Assembly: GCA_013695785.1 (NCBI GenBank)
Contig: JACCZT010000171.1
Coordinates: 1-59,458, forward strand
Direction of reading: 5' to 3'
DNA: 59,458 nt
Origin: Nocardioidaceae bacterium
GTDB taxonomy: Bacteria > Actinomycetota > Actinomycetes > Propionibacteriales > Nocardioidaceae
Shown: positions 19,231 to 28,333 of the stretch, piece by piece
Numbering within the stretch: the first letter of the stretch is position 1
How the letters are laid out: every line of letters begins with the position of its first letter
The notes under the pieces: model-generated
Seen by the model: only the letters and a program-made list of their open reading frames with translations
Database searches by the model: none
Told to the model about the DNA's origin: nothing
Program-made: the position numbers and the translations under genes

Positions 19231-20187
19231 ATGGGAACCCTGGTCTGGCGTACGGCCCGACGACTCGTGATTGGCGTGCTCGTCACCGCAGCCTGCGCCG
19301 CGCTGGCGTCCTCGGCGGCTGCGGACCCCCGGTGGCGATGGCCGCTCGATCCGGTGCCAGAGCTGATCCGGCCGTTCGTGGCACCGACGTCGACGTACGG
19401 GGCCGGGCACCGCGGTGTCGACCTCCTCGGCACACCGGGCGTGATGGTGACTGCCGTCGACTCCGGGACTGTCAGGTTCAGCGGCACCGTCGCCGGCACC
19501 CCGGTGCTGTCGATCGACCACGGCACGCAGGTCTCGACCTACCAACCGGTGGCAGCGACGGTCCACCGTGGTGATGAGGTGGTCGCCGGCCAACCGGTCG
19601 GACGTCTCGTCCTCGCCGCGAGCCACTGCGCCCCTCGCGCTTGTCTGCACCTGGGCCGCAGGACCGGTGCGGATAGGACCTACGCAGACCCGATGGACAT
19701 GTTCGGCACCTCGCCGCCGATCCGCCTGGTGACGCCGTACGGTGATCCACCCCGACCACCCGTCGCGGGTAACGGGGCGCAGAGCAACGGGTCGGGTGAG
19801 CTCAGTGAGCCGGTCGACGCACCCGTCACCTCCGCGTACGGCATGCGCATGCACCCGATCACCGGCGTCTTCAAGCTGCACGACGGCACGGACTTCGGCG
19901 CGGCATGTGGGACGCCGGTACGCTCGGCCGCCGCGGGCACGGTGACGTTCGTAGGAGCAGACCCGGCGTACGGCAACCGGGTCGTCGTCGACCATGGCCG
20001 GCTACGAGGTGTCGAGGTCGCGACGACCTACAACCATCTGTCCAGCTCGACCGTGCCGGTCGGCACACCGGTGCGCGCCGGTCAGCCGATCGCGGTCTCG
20101 GGCACGACGGGCTACTCGACCGGTTGCCACCTGCACTTCATGGTTCTCGTCGACGGGGACGCCGTCGACCCGATGTCGTGGCTGTGA
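19231..20187 (+). CDS. secreted M23-family metallopeptidase with two tandem M23-like domains
   Basis: Signal peptide (LVIGVLVTAACAALASSAAA). First domain has HRGVD but a degenerate C-terminal motif (CLHLG). Second domain is canonical (HDGTD ... GCHLHF). Confidence 0.85.
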   Translation: MGTLVWRTARRLVIGVLVTAACAALASSAAADPRWRWPLDPVPELIRPFVAPTSTYGAGHRGVDLLGTPGVMVTAVDSGTVRFSGTVAGTPVLSIDHGTQVSTYQPVAATVHRGDEVVAGQPVGRLVLAASHCAPRACLHLGRRTGADRTYADPMDMFGTSPPIRLVTPYGDPPRPPVAGNGAQSNGSGELSEPVDAPVTSAYGMRMHPITGVFKLHDGTDFGAACGTPVRSAAAGTVTFVGADPAYGNRVVVDHGRLRGVEVATTYNHLSSSTVPVGTPVRAGQPIAVSGTTGYSTGCHLHFMVLVDGDAVDPMSWL

Positions 20188-20200
20188 CATGGGCCTCGGT

Positions 20201-21160
20201 TCAGGCGCGGGGATGGGCCAGGTGGTAGGCCCGGCGGAGCCGCTCGGTGCTGAGGTGTGTGTAGATCTGCGTGGTCGCGAGCGAGGCGTGCCCGAGCAGC
20301 TCCTGCACGCTGCGTAGGTCTGCTCCACCTTCGAGCAGGTGTGTCGCCGCCGTGTGGCGCAGGCCGTGCGGGCCGATGTCGGGTGCACCGTCGACGGCAG
20401 CGATGCGCTCGTGCACGATGCGCCGGACCGCCCGCTGGTCGATGCGCCCGCCCCGCATTCCGATGAACAACGCGGCACCGCTGCCAGGTCGGGCAAGTGC
20501 CGGGCGTCCGGCTGTCGTCCACGCATCGAGCGCGGCGGCGGCTGGACGGCCGAACGGTGCGCTGCGTTCCTTGCGACCTTTGCCGAAGACGCGGACGACG
20601 TTGCGCTCGCGGTCGACGTCGTCCGCGTCGAGTCCCACCAGCTCGCCCACGCGGATGCCCGAGGCGTACAGCAGCTCCAGTATTGCGAGGTCACGTAGGC
20701 CGACGGGACCGTCGAACTCGATCGCGGCCGCTGTGGTTTCGAGCAGGTCACGCGCCTCGTCGACGCGCAACGCAGCTGGTAGGTCGCGATGCTGTTTGGG
20801 GCTGGCAAGCTGGACCCCGGTGTCCGACGGCGCGCGTCCGGTGCGCGCCAGCCACGCCGTGAACACTCGCGCCGACGTGGCCCGTCGCGCCAGCGTCGTG
20901 CGCGCCTTGCCGCGGGTCTGCAGGTTGGCGAGGTAGCTGCGCAGCGCGCGTAGGTCCAGGTCGCCAGGGTCGCGGATTCCGAGCCGCTCCACGTGGCGCC
21001 CGAGCCCACCCAGATCGGCGAGGTAGGCCCGGATCGAGTGCTCGCTCAGGTCACGCTCACCGCGCAGGTGTTGCTCGTAGTCACCGAGGCACCGTACCCA
21101 CGTCTCGCCCAGGACGCCGGCGTCGGCAGTGGGCGAGGTGGATGGGTCATCGGTGCTCAC
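20201..21160 (-). CDS. xerC: tyrosine recombinase XerC
   Basis: C-terminal catalytic region HGLRHTAATHLLEGGADLRSVQELLGHASLATTQIYTH. Start placed at the GTG 21158-21160 that overlaps the dprA stop (GTGA). The track start (21220) would overlap dprA by 64 nt. Confidence 0.85.
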   Translation of the reverse strand: MSTDDPSTSPTADAGVLGETWVRCLGDYEQHLRGERDLSEHSIRAYLADLGGLGRHVERLGIRDPGDLDLRALRSYLANLQTRGKARTTLARRATSARVFTAWLARTGRAPSDTGVQLASPKQHRDLPAALRVDEARDLLETTAAAIEFDGPVGLRDLAILELLYASGIRVGELVGLDADDVDRERNVVRVFGKGRKERSAPFGRPAAAALDAWTTAGRPALARPGSGAALFIGMRGGRIDQRAVRRIVHERIAAVDGAPDIGPHGLRHTAATHLLEGGADLRSVQELLGHASLATTQIYTHLSTERLRRAYHLAHPRA

Positions 21161-22338
21161 CGTGCCACTGTGTGGCCCTGCTGACCCGGCGACAAGTCGG
21201 CGCGCCGACGCAACCGCCAACCACTACCGACCTGCTCGACCCATCCGGCAGCGCACAAGTCGGCGAGCACGGTCAAGGCGTCATCGGTCGCACACGAAAT
21301 GCGGGAGGCGATCACCTCCGTGGGCTCGGCGTCCCGGGCCGAGACCGCCTCGAGGACTATGCGGGAACCGCGCTGCAGCTCGTCGAGGGCGGTGCTCGGG
21401 GACCACTCGAGGGTGGCGTCCGTGGCGCCGATCTCGCCGACCGCCTCGATCACCTCGGCGCCGCTGGTCACCACCATCGACTGTCCCGACCGCAACGACT
21501 GGTGAACGCCGACGGAGGCCTGGCTCGTCACCGGACCGGGCACGCCCATCGCCACCCGGCCGAGCTCGCTTGCCCAGTTGAGGGTGTTGAGGGCACCGGA
21601 TCGCCGTGCCGCCTCGACGACGACGGTGCCGCCGGTGATGGCGGCGATGATCCGGTTGCGGGACAGGAAGCGTCCCTTGGTGGGTGTCTGGCCGGGCATC
21701 TGCTCGCTGACCACCAGCCCGCCGGCCGCGATGCGCTGCAACAAACCGGCGTGCGCGCGCGGGTAGTCGACATCGGCACCGCAGGCCAGCACCGCCAGGG
21801 TGGGTGCGCCCAGGGCCAGCGCACCACGATGGGCGCAGGCGTCGATGCCGTATGCCGCCCCGCTCACCACGGTGTGGCCGGCGTCGGCAACGTCGCCGGC
21901 GATGTCCATGGCGACGTCGCTCCCGTAGGTCGTGGCGGCGCGTGCACCGACGATCGCGACCGAACGCGCAACCAGCTCGTCGAGGCGGGCCGTGCCGCGC
22001 GTCCACAGACCGAGCGGGGCACCGGTCGTCCCGCTGATCGGCGCCGTTGCATCGAGATCCACGAGCCGCTCGGGCCAGGCGTCGTCGCCGGGGCACACCC
22101 AGCGCACGCCGAGCTGCCCTGCCCGTCCGGCAAGTGCAGCGGTCCGGTCGAGGACGCCCGGCGCGCGAAGCCGCCAGGCCTCGGGCAGGACGGAGCCGCT
22201 GAGGGGACGGCCGTGGATCGCCGCATCGACGATCTCACCGACGGAGTGCGACCGCAGCAACGCCACCAGGCGTGGATCACCGGGCTCCACGAGCTGGCTC
22301 AACACCAGCCGGAGGCGGCGTGCGCTGGTCGTCGTCAT
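21157..22338 (-). CDS. dprA: DNA-processing protein DprA
   Basis: 393 aa with a Rossmann-like DprA core (VVSGAAYGIDACAHRGAL ... SGALNT). The ATG overlaps the comM stop (ATGA at 22335-22338). Confidence 0.9.
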   Translation of the reverse strand: MTTTSARRLRLVLSQLVEPGDPRLVALLRSHSVGEIVDAAIHGRPLSGSVLPEAWRLRAPGVLDRTAALAGRAGQLGVRWVCPGDDAWPERLVDLDATAPISGTTGAPLGLWTRGTARLDELVARSVAIVGARAATTYGSDVAMDIAGDVADAGHTVVSGAAYGIDACAHRGALALGAPTLAVLACGADVDYPRAHAGLLQRIAAGGLVVSEQMPGQTPTKGRFLSRNRIIAAITGGTVVVEAARRSGALNTLNWASELGRVAMGVPGPVTSQASVGVHQSLRSGQSMVVTSGAEVIEAVGEIGATDATLEWSPSTALDELQRGSRIVLEAVSARDAEPTEVIASRISCATDDALTVLADLCAAGWVEQVGSGWRLRRRADLSPGQQGHTVAR

Positions 22339-23918
22339 GATGCCTGCACCAGGTGCCGGATCTGGCTGTCCATGCTGCCCGAGCCGCGCAGTGCGATCGC
22401 GGTACGTATCTCATCCGCGCCCGGCCTCGACGCGCCGACGAGATCCGCAACGGTCCACGCGAGCCGGAACACCCGGTCGACCGAGCGTAGGTTGAGTCCC
22501 CTGCTGCGCGCGTGGGTGTCGAGCGCCGTCTCGCCGTCACTCGTCGGAGGCCACCGACGGCGCAGGACCGCAGCTGGGACGGAGCTGTTGAGCCGCCACG
22601 GGGTGTCCGAGAAGCGGCGCGCCTGTCGTTCGCGTGCGGACGCCACCCACGCCGCGACCGTCGCACTCGGCGGAGCGTCCACAAGCGCCTCGCGGAGCTC
22701 GGCGCGGCTGGGTTGGGTGACGGTCCGGTGGATGTCGATGCGGTCCTTGATGGGCGTGGAGATCTTGTCGCGGTACTTCCGTTTGGCCAGGGAGGTGCAC
22801 TCGCACTCCCCTGCCCGACCCGCGTTGAGCCCACACGGACACGGGTTGGACGCGAGCACCAGCTGGAAGCGCGCCGGGAACTCGGCGGTCTGCGCCGCCC
22901 TCGAGACCGTCACATACCCGCTCTCGAGGGGTTGGCGCAGTGCGTTGAGGACGTTGCGATGGAACTCCGGCGCCTCATCGAGGAACAAGATGCCGTTGTG
23001 GGCCATGCTCATCGCACCGGGCCGCACGAACCGGCTGCCGCCCCCGACGATCGCCGCGGCGCTGGCCGTGTGGTGTGGGTCGACGAACGGTGGCCTTGCC
23101 AGCAGCGGCGCATCACCTGGCAGCAACCCAGCGACGGAGTAGACGGCGCTGGTGTCGAGCGCCTGGCGTCGGTCCAGATCTGGGAGCAACGCCGGCATCC
23201 GTTGCGCCAACATGGTCTTGCCGACGCCAGGTGGCCCGTCGAGAGAGACGTGGTGCCCACCGGCAGCGGCGGCGATGATAGAGGCCCGCGCCTCGTACTG
23301 GCCGGCGACGTCCGCGAGGTCGAGGCCGCCCAACCGACCCGCCGAACCCCAGACGATGGGCGTCGAGGGCTCCAACGGCGCGACCGGCTCGTCGTCGGGG
23401 ATCTCCGCGCCAGTGAGGACGGCGATCGCGTGGCGCAGCGAGCGAAGTCCGACCACCTCTGCTCCTGCCACGACCTGGGCCTCGTTCACGTTGGCCTCGG
23501 GGACGAGAATCCTGGTGCAACCGGCCTCCAGGCCCGACAACGTCGCAGGCAGGACGCCGGGCACCGCGCGCAGGCGTCCGTCGAGGGCGAGCTCACCGAG
23601 CACCAGTGCCTCCGCGAGCGGCTCGGCCGGAACCACACCGATGGCGACGAGGACTCCCAATGCGATCCCCAGATCGAAGTGGACGCCCACCTTGGGCATG
23701 CCGGCAGGTGACAGGTTGATCGTCACCTTGCGGTCCGGCCAGGAGCACCCGGAGTTGACGACCGCCGCACGGCAGCGATCACGGGACTCCGCAACCGACG
23801 CGTCGGGCAGCCCGACGAGCACGATCTTGGGAAGCCCCGGCGCCACGTCGACCTCTATCTCGACCATGCGCCCACGCATCCCCTGCAAGGTCACCGACCG
23901 CGTACGTGCACCCGACAT
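22335..23918 (-). CDS. comM: YifB/ComM-family Mg-chelatase-like AAA+ ATPase
   Basis: N-terminal Lon-protease-like domain, Walker A GPPGVGKT, FLDEAPEF, and a C-terminal Mg-chelatase subunit ChlI-like region. Confidence 0.9.
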   Translation of the reverse strand: MSGARTRSVTLQGMRGRMVEIEVDVAPGLPKIVLVGLPDASVAESRDRCRAAVVNSGCSWPDRKVTINLSPAGMPKVGVHFDLGIALGVLVAIGVVPAEPLAEALVLGELALDGRLRAVPGVLPATLSGLEAGCTRILVPEANVNEAQVVAGAEVVGLRSLRHAIAVLTGAEIPDDEPVAPLEPSTPIVWGSAGRLGGLDLADVAGQYEARASIIAAAAGGHHVSLDGPPGVGKTMLAQRMPALLPDLDRRQALDTSAVYSVAGLLPGDAPLLARPPFVDPHHTASAAAIVGGGSRFVRPGAMSMAHNGILFLDEAPEFHRNVLNALRQPLESGYVTVSRAAQTAEFPARFQLVLASNPCPCGLNAGRAGECECTSLAKRKYRDKISTPIKDRIDIHRTVTQPSRAELREALVDAPPSATVAAWVASARERQARRFSDTPWRLNSSVPAAVLRRRWPPTSDGETALDTHARSRGLNLRSVDRVFRLAWTVADLVGASRPGADEIRTAIALRGSGSMDSQIRHLVQAS

Positions 23919-23919
23919 C

Positions 23920-24288
23920 TCAGCTCACCCCGGCCACGCGCTCGACCCGGGCGCGACCGCGGGTGGGAACGATGACGGCGACGACATCGATGCGGACCCC
24001 GGGCACGTGCAGGTCGCGGTCGTCGAGCCAATGACCGGCGAGCCGTCGCAACCGCCGCGCCTTGTGGGTCGTGACCGCTTCGAGGGGAGTCCCGTGCGAC
24101 AGGTCGCGCCGCGTCTTGACCTCGCAGATCACGAGGGTGTCCCCGTCTCGCGCCACGATGTCGATCTCGCCGACCGGGCAGCGGTAGTTGCGCGCGAGGA
24201 TCACCATCCCCTCGGCCGTCAGATAGTCCGCGGCGATCTGCTCGCCGTAGTCACCCAGTGCCTTGCGTTGTGCATGCGTCGACGCCAT
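23920..24288 (-). CDS. YraN-family (UPF0102) endonuclease-like protein
   Basis: Trimmed to ATG 24288, preceded by GGAGGTG. Motifs GEQIAADYL, RNYRCPVGEIDIVA, VICEVKTR. Confidence 0.85.
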   Translation of the reverse strand: MASTHAQRKALGDYGEQIAADYLTAEGMVILARNYRCPVGEIDIVARDGDTLVICEVKTRRDLSHGTPLEAVTTHKARRLRRLAGHWLDDRDLHVPGVRIDVVAVIVPTRGRARVERVAGVS

Positions 24289-24397
24289 GCGCCCACCTCC
24301 GCATACCAGCCTCTGGTGTGGCGAAGGCAACCAACAGACGTGACCGCGCCAGTTGTGGACGGACCGTGGCCGGGCGGTGCTGTGGACGCGGACCGGC

Positions 24398-24706
24398 TCA
24401 GCTCTTGGGCACGTCCAGGTCGCTCTTGGACAGCTCCTCGACGTTGACGTCCTTGAACGTCAGCACCTTGACGTTCTTGGCGAAGCGCGCGGGGCGGTAG
24501 ATGTCCCACACCCACGCGTCGTTCATCGTCACCTCGAAGTACGCGTCGCCGGTCTCGGAGCGGACCTTGACGTCGACCGCGTTGCACAGATAGAAACGGC
24601 GATCCGTCTCCACGACATACTTGAAGATCAGGGCGACGTCGCGGTACTCGCGATAGAGCTGCAGCTCCATGTCGGCCTCATAGCGTTCGAGGTCCTCAGA
24701 ACTCAT
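24398..24706 (-). CDS. DUF2469-family protein (conserved actinobacterial, unknown function)
   Basis: 102 aa; MSSEDLERYEADMELQLYREYRDV... matches my recollection of the DUF2469 family that follows rnhB in actinobacteria. Confidence 0.8.
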   Translation of the reverse strand: MSSEDLERYEADMELQLYREYRDVALIFKYVVETDRRFYLCNAVDVKVRSETGDAYFEVTMNDAWVWDIYRPARFAKNVKVLTFKDVNVEELSKSDLDVPKS

Positions 24707-25421
24707 CCGCCGAGCTCCTCTCCTGGCCGGCCATCGCGGGGCGGCGTTGTCGCATCGGTGGTAGGTCAGATCTCGAGCCGGCCACGCGCACGTTGATGAA
24801 GCGAGTGCGGTGCTCCCGGCACGGCCCGTGCAACCGAAGGGCCGCTTGGTGCTCAGGGGTGACGTACCCCTTGTGGGTCGCGAAGTCGTACGCAGGATAG
24901 TCCTCGTGCAGACGCACCATCATCGCGTCCCGGGTCACCTTCGCGATGACCGACGCCGCTGCGATCGACCCCGAGACGCGATCGCCCTTCCAGACCGCGA
25001 GTCCCGGCACGCCGAGCCCGTCGACGCCGAAGCCGTCGGTCAGGACGTAGCCAGGACGGACGGTGAGCCGGGCCAGGGCACGCCGCAGCGCCTCGATGTT
25101 CACGACGTGCATGCCCATCCGGTCGCAGTCCGAGGACGGCATCGTCACCACCGACCAAGCGACGGCCCGCCGGAGTATGTGTGCGTAGCACTCCTCGCGT
25201 TGCTTGGCGCTGAGCAGCTTGGAGTCGGCGAGGCCGGGAACCTCCCCGCGCTTTCCCGGCGGGAGGATCGCGGCTGCAGCGACCAGCGGCCCGGCGCACG
25301 CGCCTCGTCCAGCCTCGTCGACGCCGGCGATGGGCGTCATGCCGGCGCGCTCGAGTGCGCGCTCGTACCCGTAGAGACCAGCATCGCGGCGGATCGTCGA
25401 CCCGCGGGGCATCTGGGTCAT
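24696..25421 (-). CDS. rnhB: ribonuclease HII
   Basis: Trimmed to ATG 25421. Catalytic motif GVDEAGRGACAGPLV; 241 aa. The 3' end overlaps the DUF2469 start by 11 nt. Confidence 0.9.
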   Translation of the reverse strand: MTQMPRGSTIRRDAGLYGYERALERAGMTPIAGVDEAGRGACAGPLVAAAAILPPGKRGEVPGLADSKLLSAKQREECYAHILRRAVAWSVVTMPSSDCDRMGMHVVNIEALRRALARLTVRPGYVLTDGFGVDGLGVPGLAVWKGDRVSGSIAAASVIAKVTRDAMMVRLHEDYPAYDFATHKGYVTPEHQAALRLHGPCREHRTRFINVRVAGSRSDLPPMRQRRPAMAGQERSSADEF

Positions 25422-25425
25422 GCGG

Positions 25426-26190
25426 TCACTTCTGTCTCGGGGCCGTTTCTTGCTGGTCCAGGGCTGGGTCGTCGAAGACGCTGGGCTCGTCGATCGAACC
25501 GGCGCGGCCGAATGGCCACACCTTGATCCACGCCTTGCCGACGACCTCGCCCTCGTCCACGAAGCCGCCACCGGGATCGCCCTGGTGAGCGCGGGAGTCG
25601 GCGGAGTTGCCGCGGTTGTCGCCCATCACCCACAGGTAGCCCTCGGGCACCTCGACGTCGAACGGCTCATCCTGGTTCGACGTCTGGTCGGCGAGGTACG
25701 GCTCGTCGAGCGATACCCCGTTGACCTCGACGCGGCCCTTGCGGTCACAGCACTCGACCCGGTCACCCCCGACACCGATGACACGCTTGATCAGGTGGCC
25801 ACCGGTGGGGTACAACCCGAAGACCTCGAGGCTGCGTTGGACGACGTTGTGCGGTTGCTGGGACTCCGAGGCAGGTAGCCAGCCTCCGGGATCGTCGAAC
25901 ACCACGATGTCACCGCGGTCGATGTCACCGCTCCAGTACGAGACCTTCTGCACCAGGATGCGGTCGTTGGGGCCGTTCGGGCTGCCGATGAGCGTCGGCT
26001 CCATCGAGCTGGACGGGATGAAGAACGCCTGGACGAAGAACGACTTGACGACGACGGCAAGCACCAAGGCGGTGACGAGGAGCAGGATCGTCTCCTGCCA
26101 CAACGGCAACGGCTTCTTCTGCTGCTTGCCCGATCGTGGGCCTGCCTGCTGTGAACCTGCGACGGCGGTGTCTTCGTGGGGGCTCACCAC
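25426..26190 (-). CDS. lepB: signal peptidase I
   Basis: N-terminal TM, catalytic Ser box IPSSSMEPTL, Lys box and GDNRGNSADSR. GTG start. Confidence 0.92.
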   Translation of the reverse strand: MVSPHEDTAVAGSQQAGPRSGKQQKKPLPLWQETILLLVTALVLAVVVKSFFVQAFFIPSSSMEPTLIGSPNGPNDRILVQKVSYWSGDIDRGDIVVFDDPGGWLPASESQQPHNVVQRSLEVFGLYPTGGHLIKRVIGVGGDRVECCDRKGRVEVNGVSLDEPYLADQTSNQDEPFDVEVPEGYLWVMGDNRGNSADSRAHQGDPGGGFVDEGEVVGKAWIKVWPFGRAGSIDEPSVFDDPALDQQETAPRQK

Positions 26191-26255
26191 GCGAGCCTAC
26201 CGGGCGCCTCGGCGCGCAATCGGCAATCGATGGTGAACGCCACGTGACAGCCCGC

Positions 26256-26606
26256 TCAGACTTCGCGCTTCTCCTTGATCTTGGCGGCCTTGCCCCGCAG
26301 GTTGCGCAGGTAGTAGAGCTTGGCGCGGCGGACGTCACCGCGCGTGGCGACCTCGATCTTCTCCAGCACCGGGGTGTGCAGGGGGAACGTACGCTCCACC
26401 CCGACGCCGAAGCTGACCTTGCGCACGGTGAAGGTGCGGCCGATGCCCGAGCCCTGGACCTTGATGCACACGCCCTGGAAGAGCTGGACCCGCGACCGGT
26501 TGCCCTCGACGACACGAACGTGCACCTTGAGGGTGTCACCGGCGCGGAACGCCGGGATGTCGTCGCGGAAGGACTCGCTGGCGACTGCGTCGATGGCGTT
26601 GGTCAT
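26256..26606 (-). CDS. rplS: 50S ribosomal protein L19
   Basis: Track ORF trimmed to ATG 26606; 116 aa. [27 protein letters not shown] is canonical L19. Confidence 0.97.
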   Translation of the reverse strand: MTNAIDAVASESFRDDIPAFRAGDTLKVHVRVVEGNRSRVQLFQGVCIKVQGSGIGRTFTVRKVSFGVGVERTFPLHTPVLEKIEVATRGDVRRAKLYYLRNLRGKAAKIKEKREV

Positions 26607-26696
26607 GGTGACTCTTCCTCGCACATGCCACAGGTCATCTACGAATAGCTCGGTGCTGAAAAGTGGTGGAGGCGGCTCGCGGCCGGTGGTCCGCCC

Positions 26697-26742
26697 CTGT
26701 GGCAGTGGACCGGCTGAGCGCCGACAGACAAGTCTGCCACAG
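26697..26742 (-). promoter_or_regulatory. stem-loop in the 178-nt rplS 5' leader (candidate regulatory structure)
   Basis: Perfect 9-bp inverted repeat CTGTGGCAG (26697-26705) / CTGCCACAG (26734-26742) in the trmD-rplS spacer. Confidence 0.3.
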
Positions 26743-26784
26743 CGGGCGCACGGGCACGAAATCGCCGTGGCGGCAGCACCGGCG

Positions 26785-27489
26785 TCACCCGGGGTCCTCG
26801 TCGAGCAGGTCCGGGCGACGCTCGCGGGTGCGCTGCAACGACTGCTCGCGTCGCCAGGCGGCGATCCGGCCATGGTGGCCCGAGAGCAGCACATCGGGTA
26901 CGTCGATCCCGCGCCAGCTCGCGGGCTTGGTGTAGACGGGGTACTCCAGCAGGCCGCCGCCGATCACGTGGGACTCCTCGGCCAGGGAGCTGGCATTGCC
27001 CATGAACCCGGGCAGCAGGCGCACGACGGCTTCGATGATCGCCAGTGCGGCGACCTCACCGCCGTTGAGGACGAAGTCGCCGAGGGATACCTCCTCGACC
27101 ACCATCGTGGTGGCGGCATGCTCCACCACGCGCTGGTCGATGCCCTCGTAGCGGCCGCAGGCGAAGACCAGCCAGTCGTAGCTGGCCAGGCGCGCGGCGT
27201 CGGCCTGGGTGAACGGCCGCCCTGCAGGTGTCGGGACGAGAAGGCGCGGGGCGGGCCCGTCCGGCGGCGCGACGGCGTCGAGTGCCTCGCCCCACGGTTC
27301 GGGGGACATCACCATGCCGGCGCCGCCGCCGTAGGGGGTGTCGTCGACTGCTCGGTGACTGTCGCGGGTGTGGTCTCGAAGGTCGTGGACGTTGATCTCG
27401 AGCAGTCCGTTGTCCTGGGCCTTGCCCGGAAGCGACAACCGCAACGGCTCCAGGTAGGCCGGGAAGATGGTGATGACGTCGATCCGCAC
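26785..27489 (-). CDS. trmD: tRNA (guanine37-N1)-methyltransferase
   Basis: 234 aa with [23 protein letters not shown] and RYEGIDQRV motifs. GTG start. Confidence 0.95.
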   Translation of the reverse strand: MRIDVITIFPAYLEPLRLSLPGKAQDNGLLEINVHDLRDHTRDSHRAVDDTPYGGGAGMVMSPEPWGEALDAVAPPDGPAPRLLVPTPAGRPFTQADAARLASYDWLVFACGRYEGIDQRVVEHAATTMVVEEVSLGDFVLNGGEVAALAIIEAVVRLLPGFMGNASSLAEESHVIGGGLLEYPVYTKPASWRGIDVPDVLLSGHHGRIAAWRREQSLQRTRERRPDLLDEDPG

Positions 27490-27491
27490 GG

Positions 27492-28079
27492 TCAGGTCCG
27501 GTCCCGGTGCGCTGCCCGCGCGTCCGCGGAGTCCGCGGCGTCGGGCTCGAGGAGCCCGGGCAGGTCGGTCACGACGATGTATCCGGCAGCCAGGTCGACC
27601 GTGGGTACGAGGGCCGCGACGAACGGCACGAGCACCTCACCTGCGGTGCTGGTGCTGATGCTCAAGGTGTCCTGCCCCGGCAGGTGCAGGACCTCGGTCA
27701 GCGATCCGACCGCCGATCCGTCCTCTGTCTGCACGCGCAGGCCGATCAGCTGGTGGTCGTAGAACTCCTCGCCATCGGCGGGGCGCTCGTCGACGTCCAC
27801 CTCGACTCTGACGATGGCGCCGCGAAGCTGTTCGGCGGCCGTCCGATCGGACACCTCGTCCAGCGCGACGACGAGACGACCGCCGTGCAGGCGCGACGAT
27901 CGTACGGTGAGCGTCCCGCCGGCCGGTGCACCGTCGCCGGAACCCGAACGGGCCGGCAGCTCGAACCATAGCGACGAGCCCGGGGCGAAGCGACGCTCGG
28001 GCTCATCGGTACGGATGTCGACGCTGACCTCACCACGCAGACCATGGGCGCGGCCGATTCGACCGACTGTCACCAGCAT
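27492..28079 (-). CDS. rimM: 16S rRNA processing protein RimM
   Basis: Trimmed to ATG 28079. [18 protein letters not shown] is the canonical RimM start, followed by a PRC-barrel C-terminus. Confidence 0.9.
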   Translation of the reverse strand: MLVTVGRIGRAHGLRGEVSVDIRTDEPERRFAPGSSLWFELPARSGSGDGAPAGGTLTVRSSRLHGGRLVVALDEVSDRTAAEQLRGAIVRVEVDVDERPADGEEFYDHQLIGLRVQTEDGSAVGSLTEVLHLPGQDTLSISTSTAGEVLVPFVAALVPTVDLAAGYIVVTDLPGLLEPDAADSADARAAHRDRT

Positions 28080-28083
28080 GGGC

Positions 28084-28326
28084 TCAGCGGCGGCGGTCCA
28101 CGTCGACGAAGTCGATCCGCGCACCGTCCGGACCGGCGAGAGCTCCCGCGACGGCGCGGATCGCCGTAGCGGTGCGGCCCTGCCGACCGATCACCTTGCC
28201 GAGGTCGCTGGGATTGACCCGTACCTCGTACAACCGTCCACGCCGCAGGTCCTTGGACCGTACGTCGACGTCGTCAGGATTGTCGACGATGCCTCCGACG
28301 AGGTGTTCGATCACTTCGGTAACCAT
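28084..28326 (-). CDS. KH-domain RNA-binding protein (YlqC/UPF0109-like)
   Basis: 80 aa with the KH motif VIGRQGRTATAIR. Conserved position between rpsP and rimM. Confidence 0.85.
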   Translation of the reverse strand: MVTEVIEHLVGGIVDNPDDVDVRSKDLRRGRLYEVRVNPSDLGKVIGRQGRTATAIRAVAGALAGPDGARIDFVDVDRRR

Positions 28327-28333
28327 CGACGAC

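Noticed and set aside
20201-21220. Tyrosine recombinase as a marker of a prophage or integrative element
   Set aside because: The sequence and context (downstream of dprA, next to the rpsB region) are those of chromosomal XerC. There is no flanking tRNA, no att-like repeats, no phage genes and no compositional break.
21142-23142. 666-aa plus-strand ORF
   Set aside because: Antisense to dprA and comM, with no motifs. A high-GC shadow ORF.
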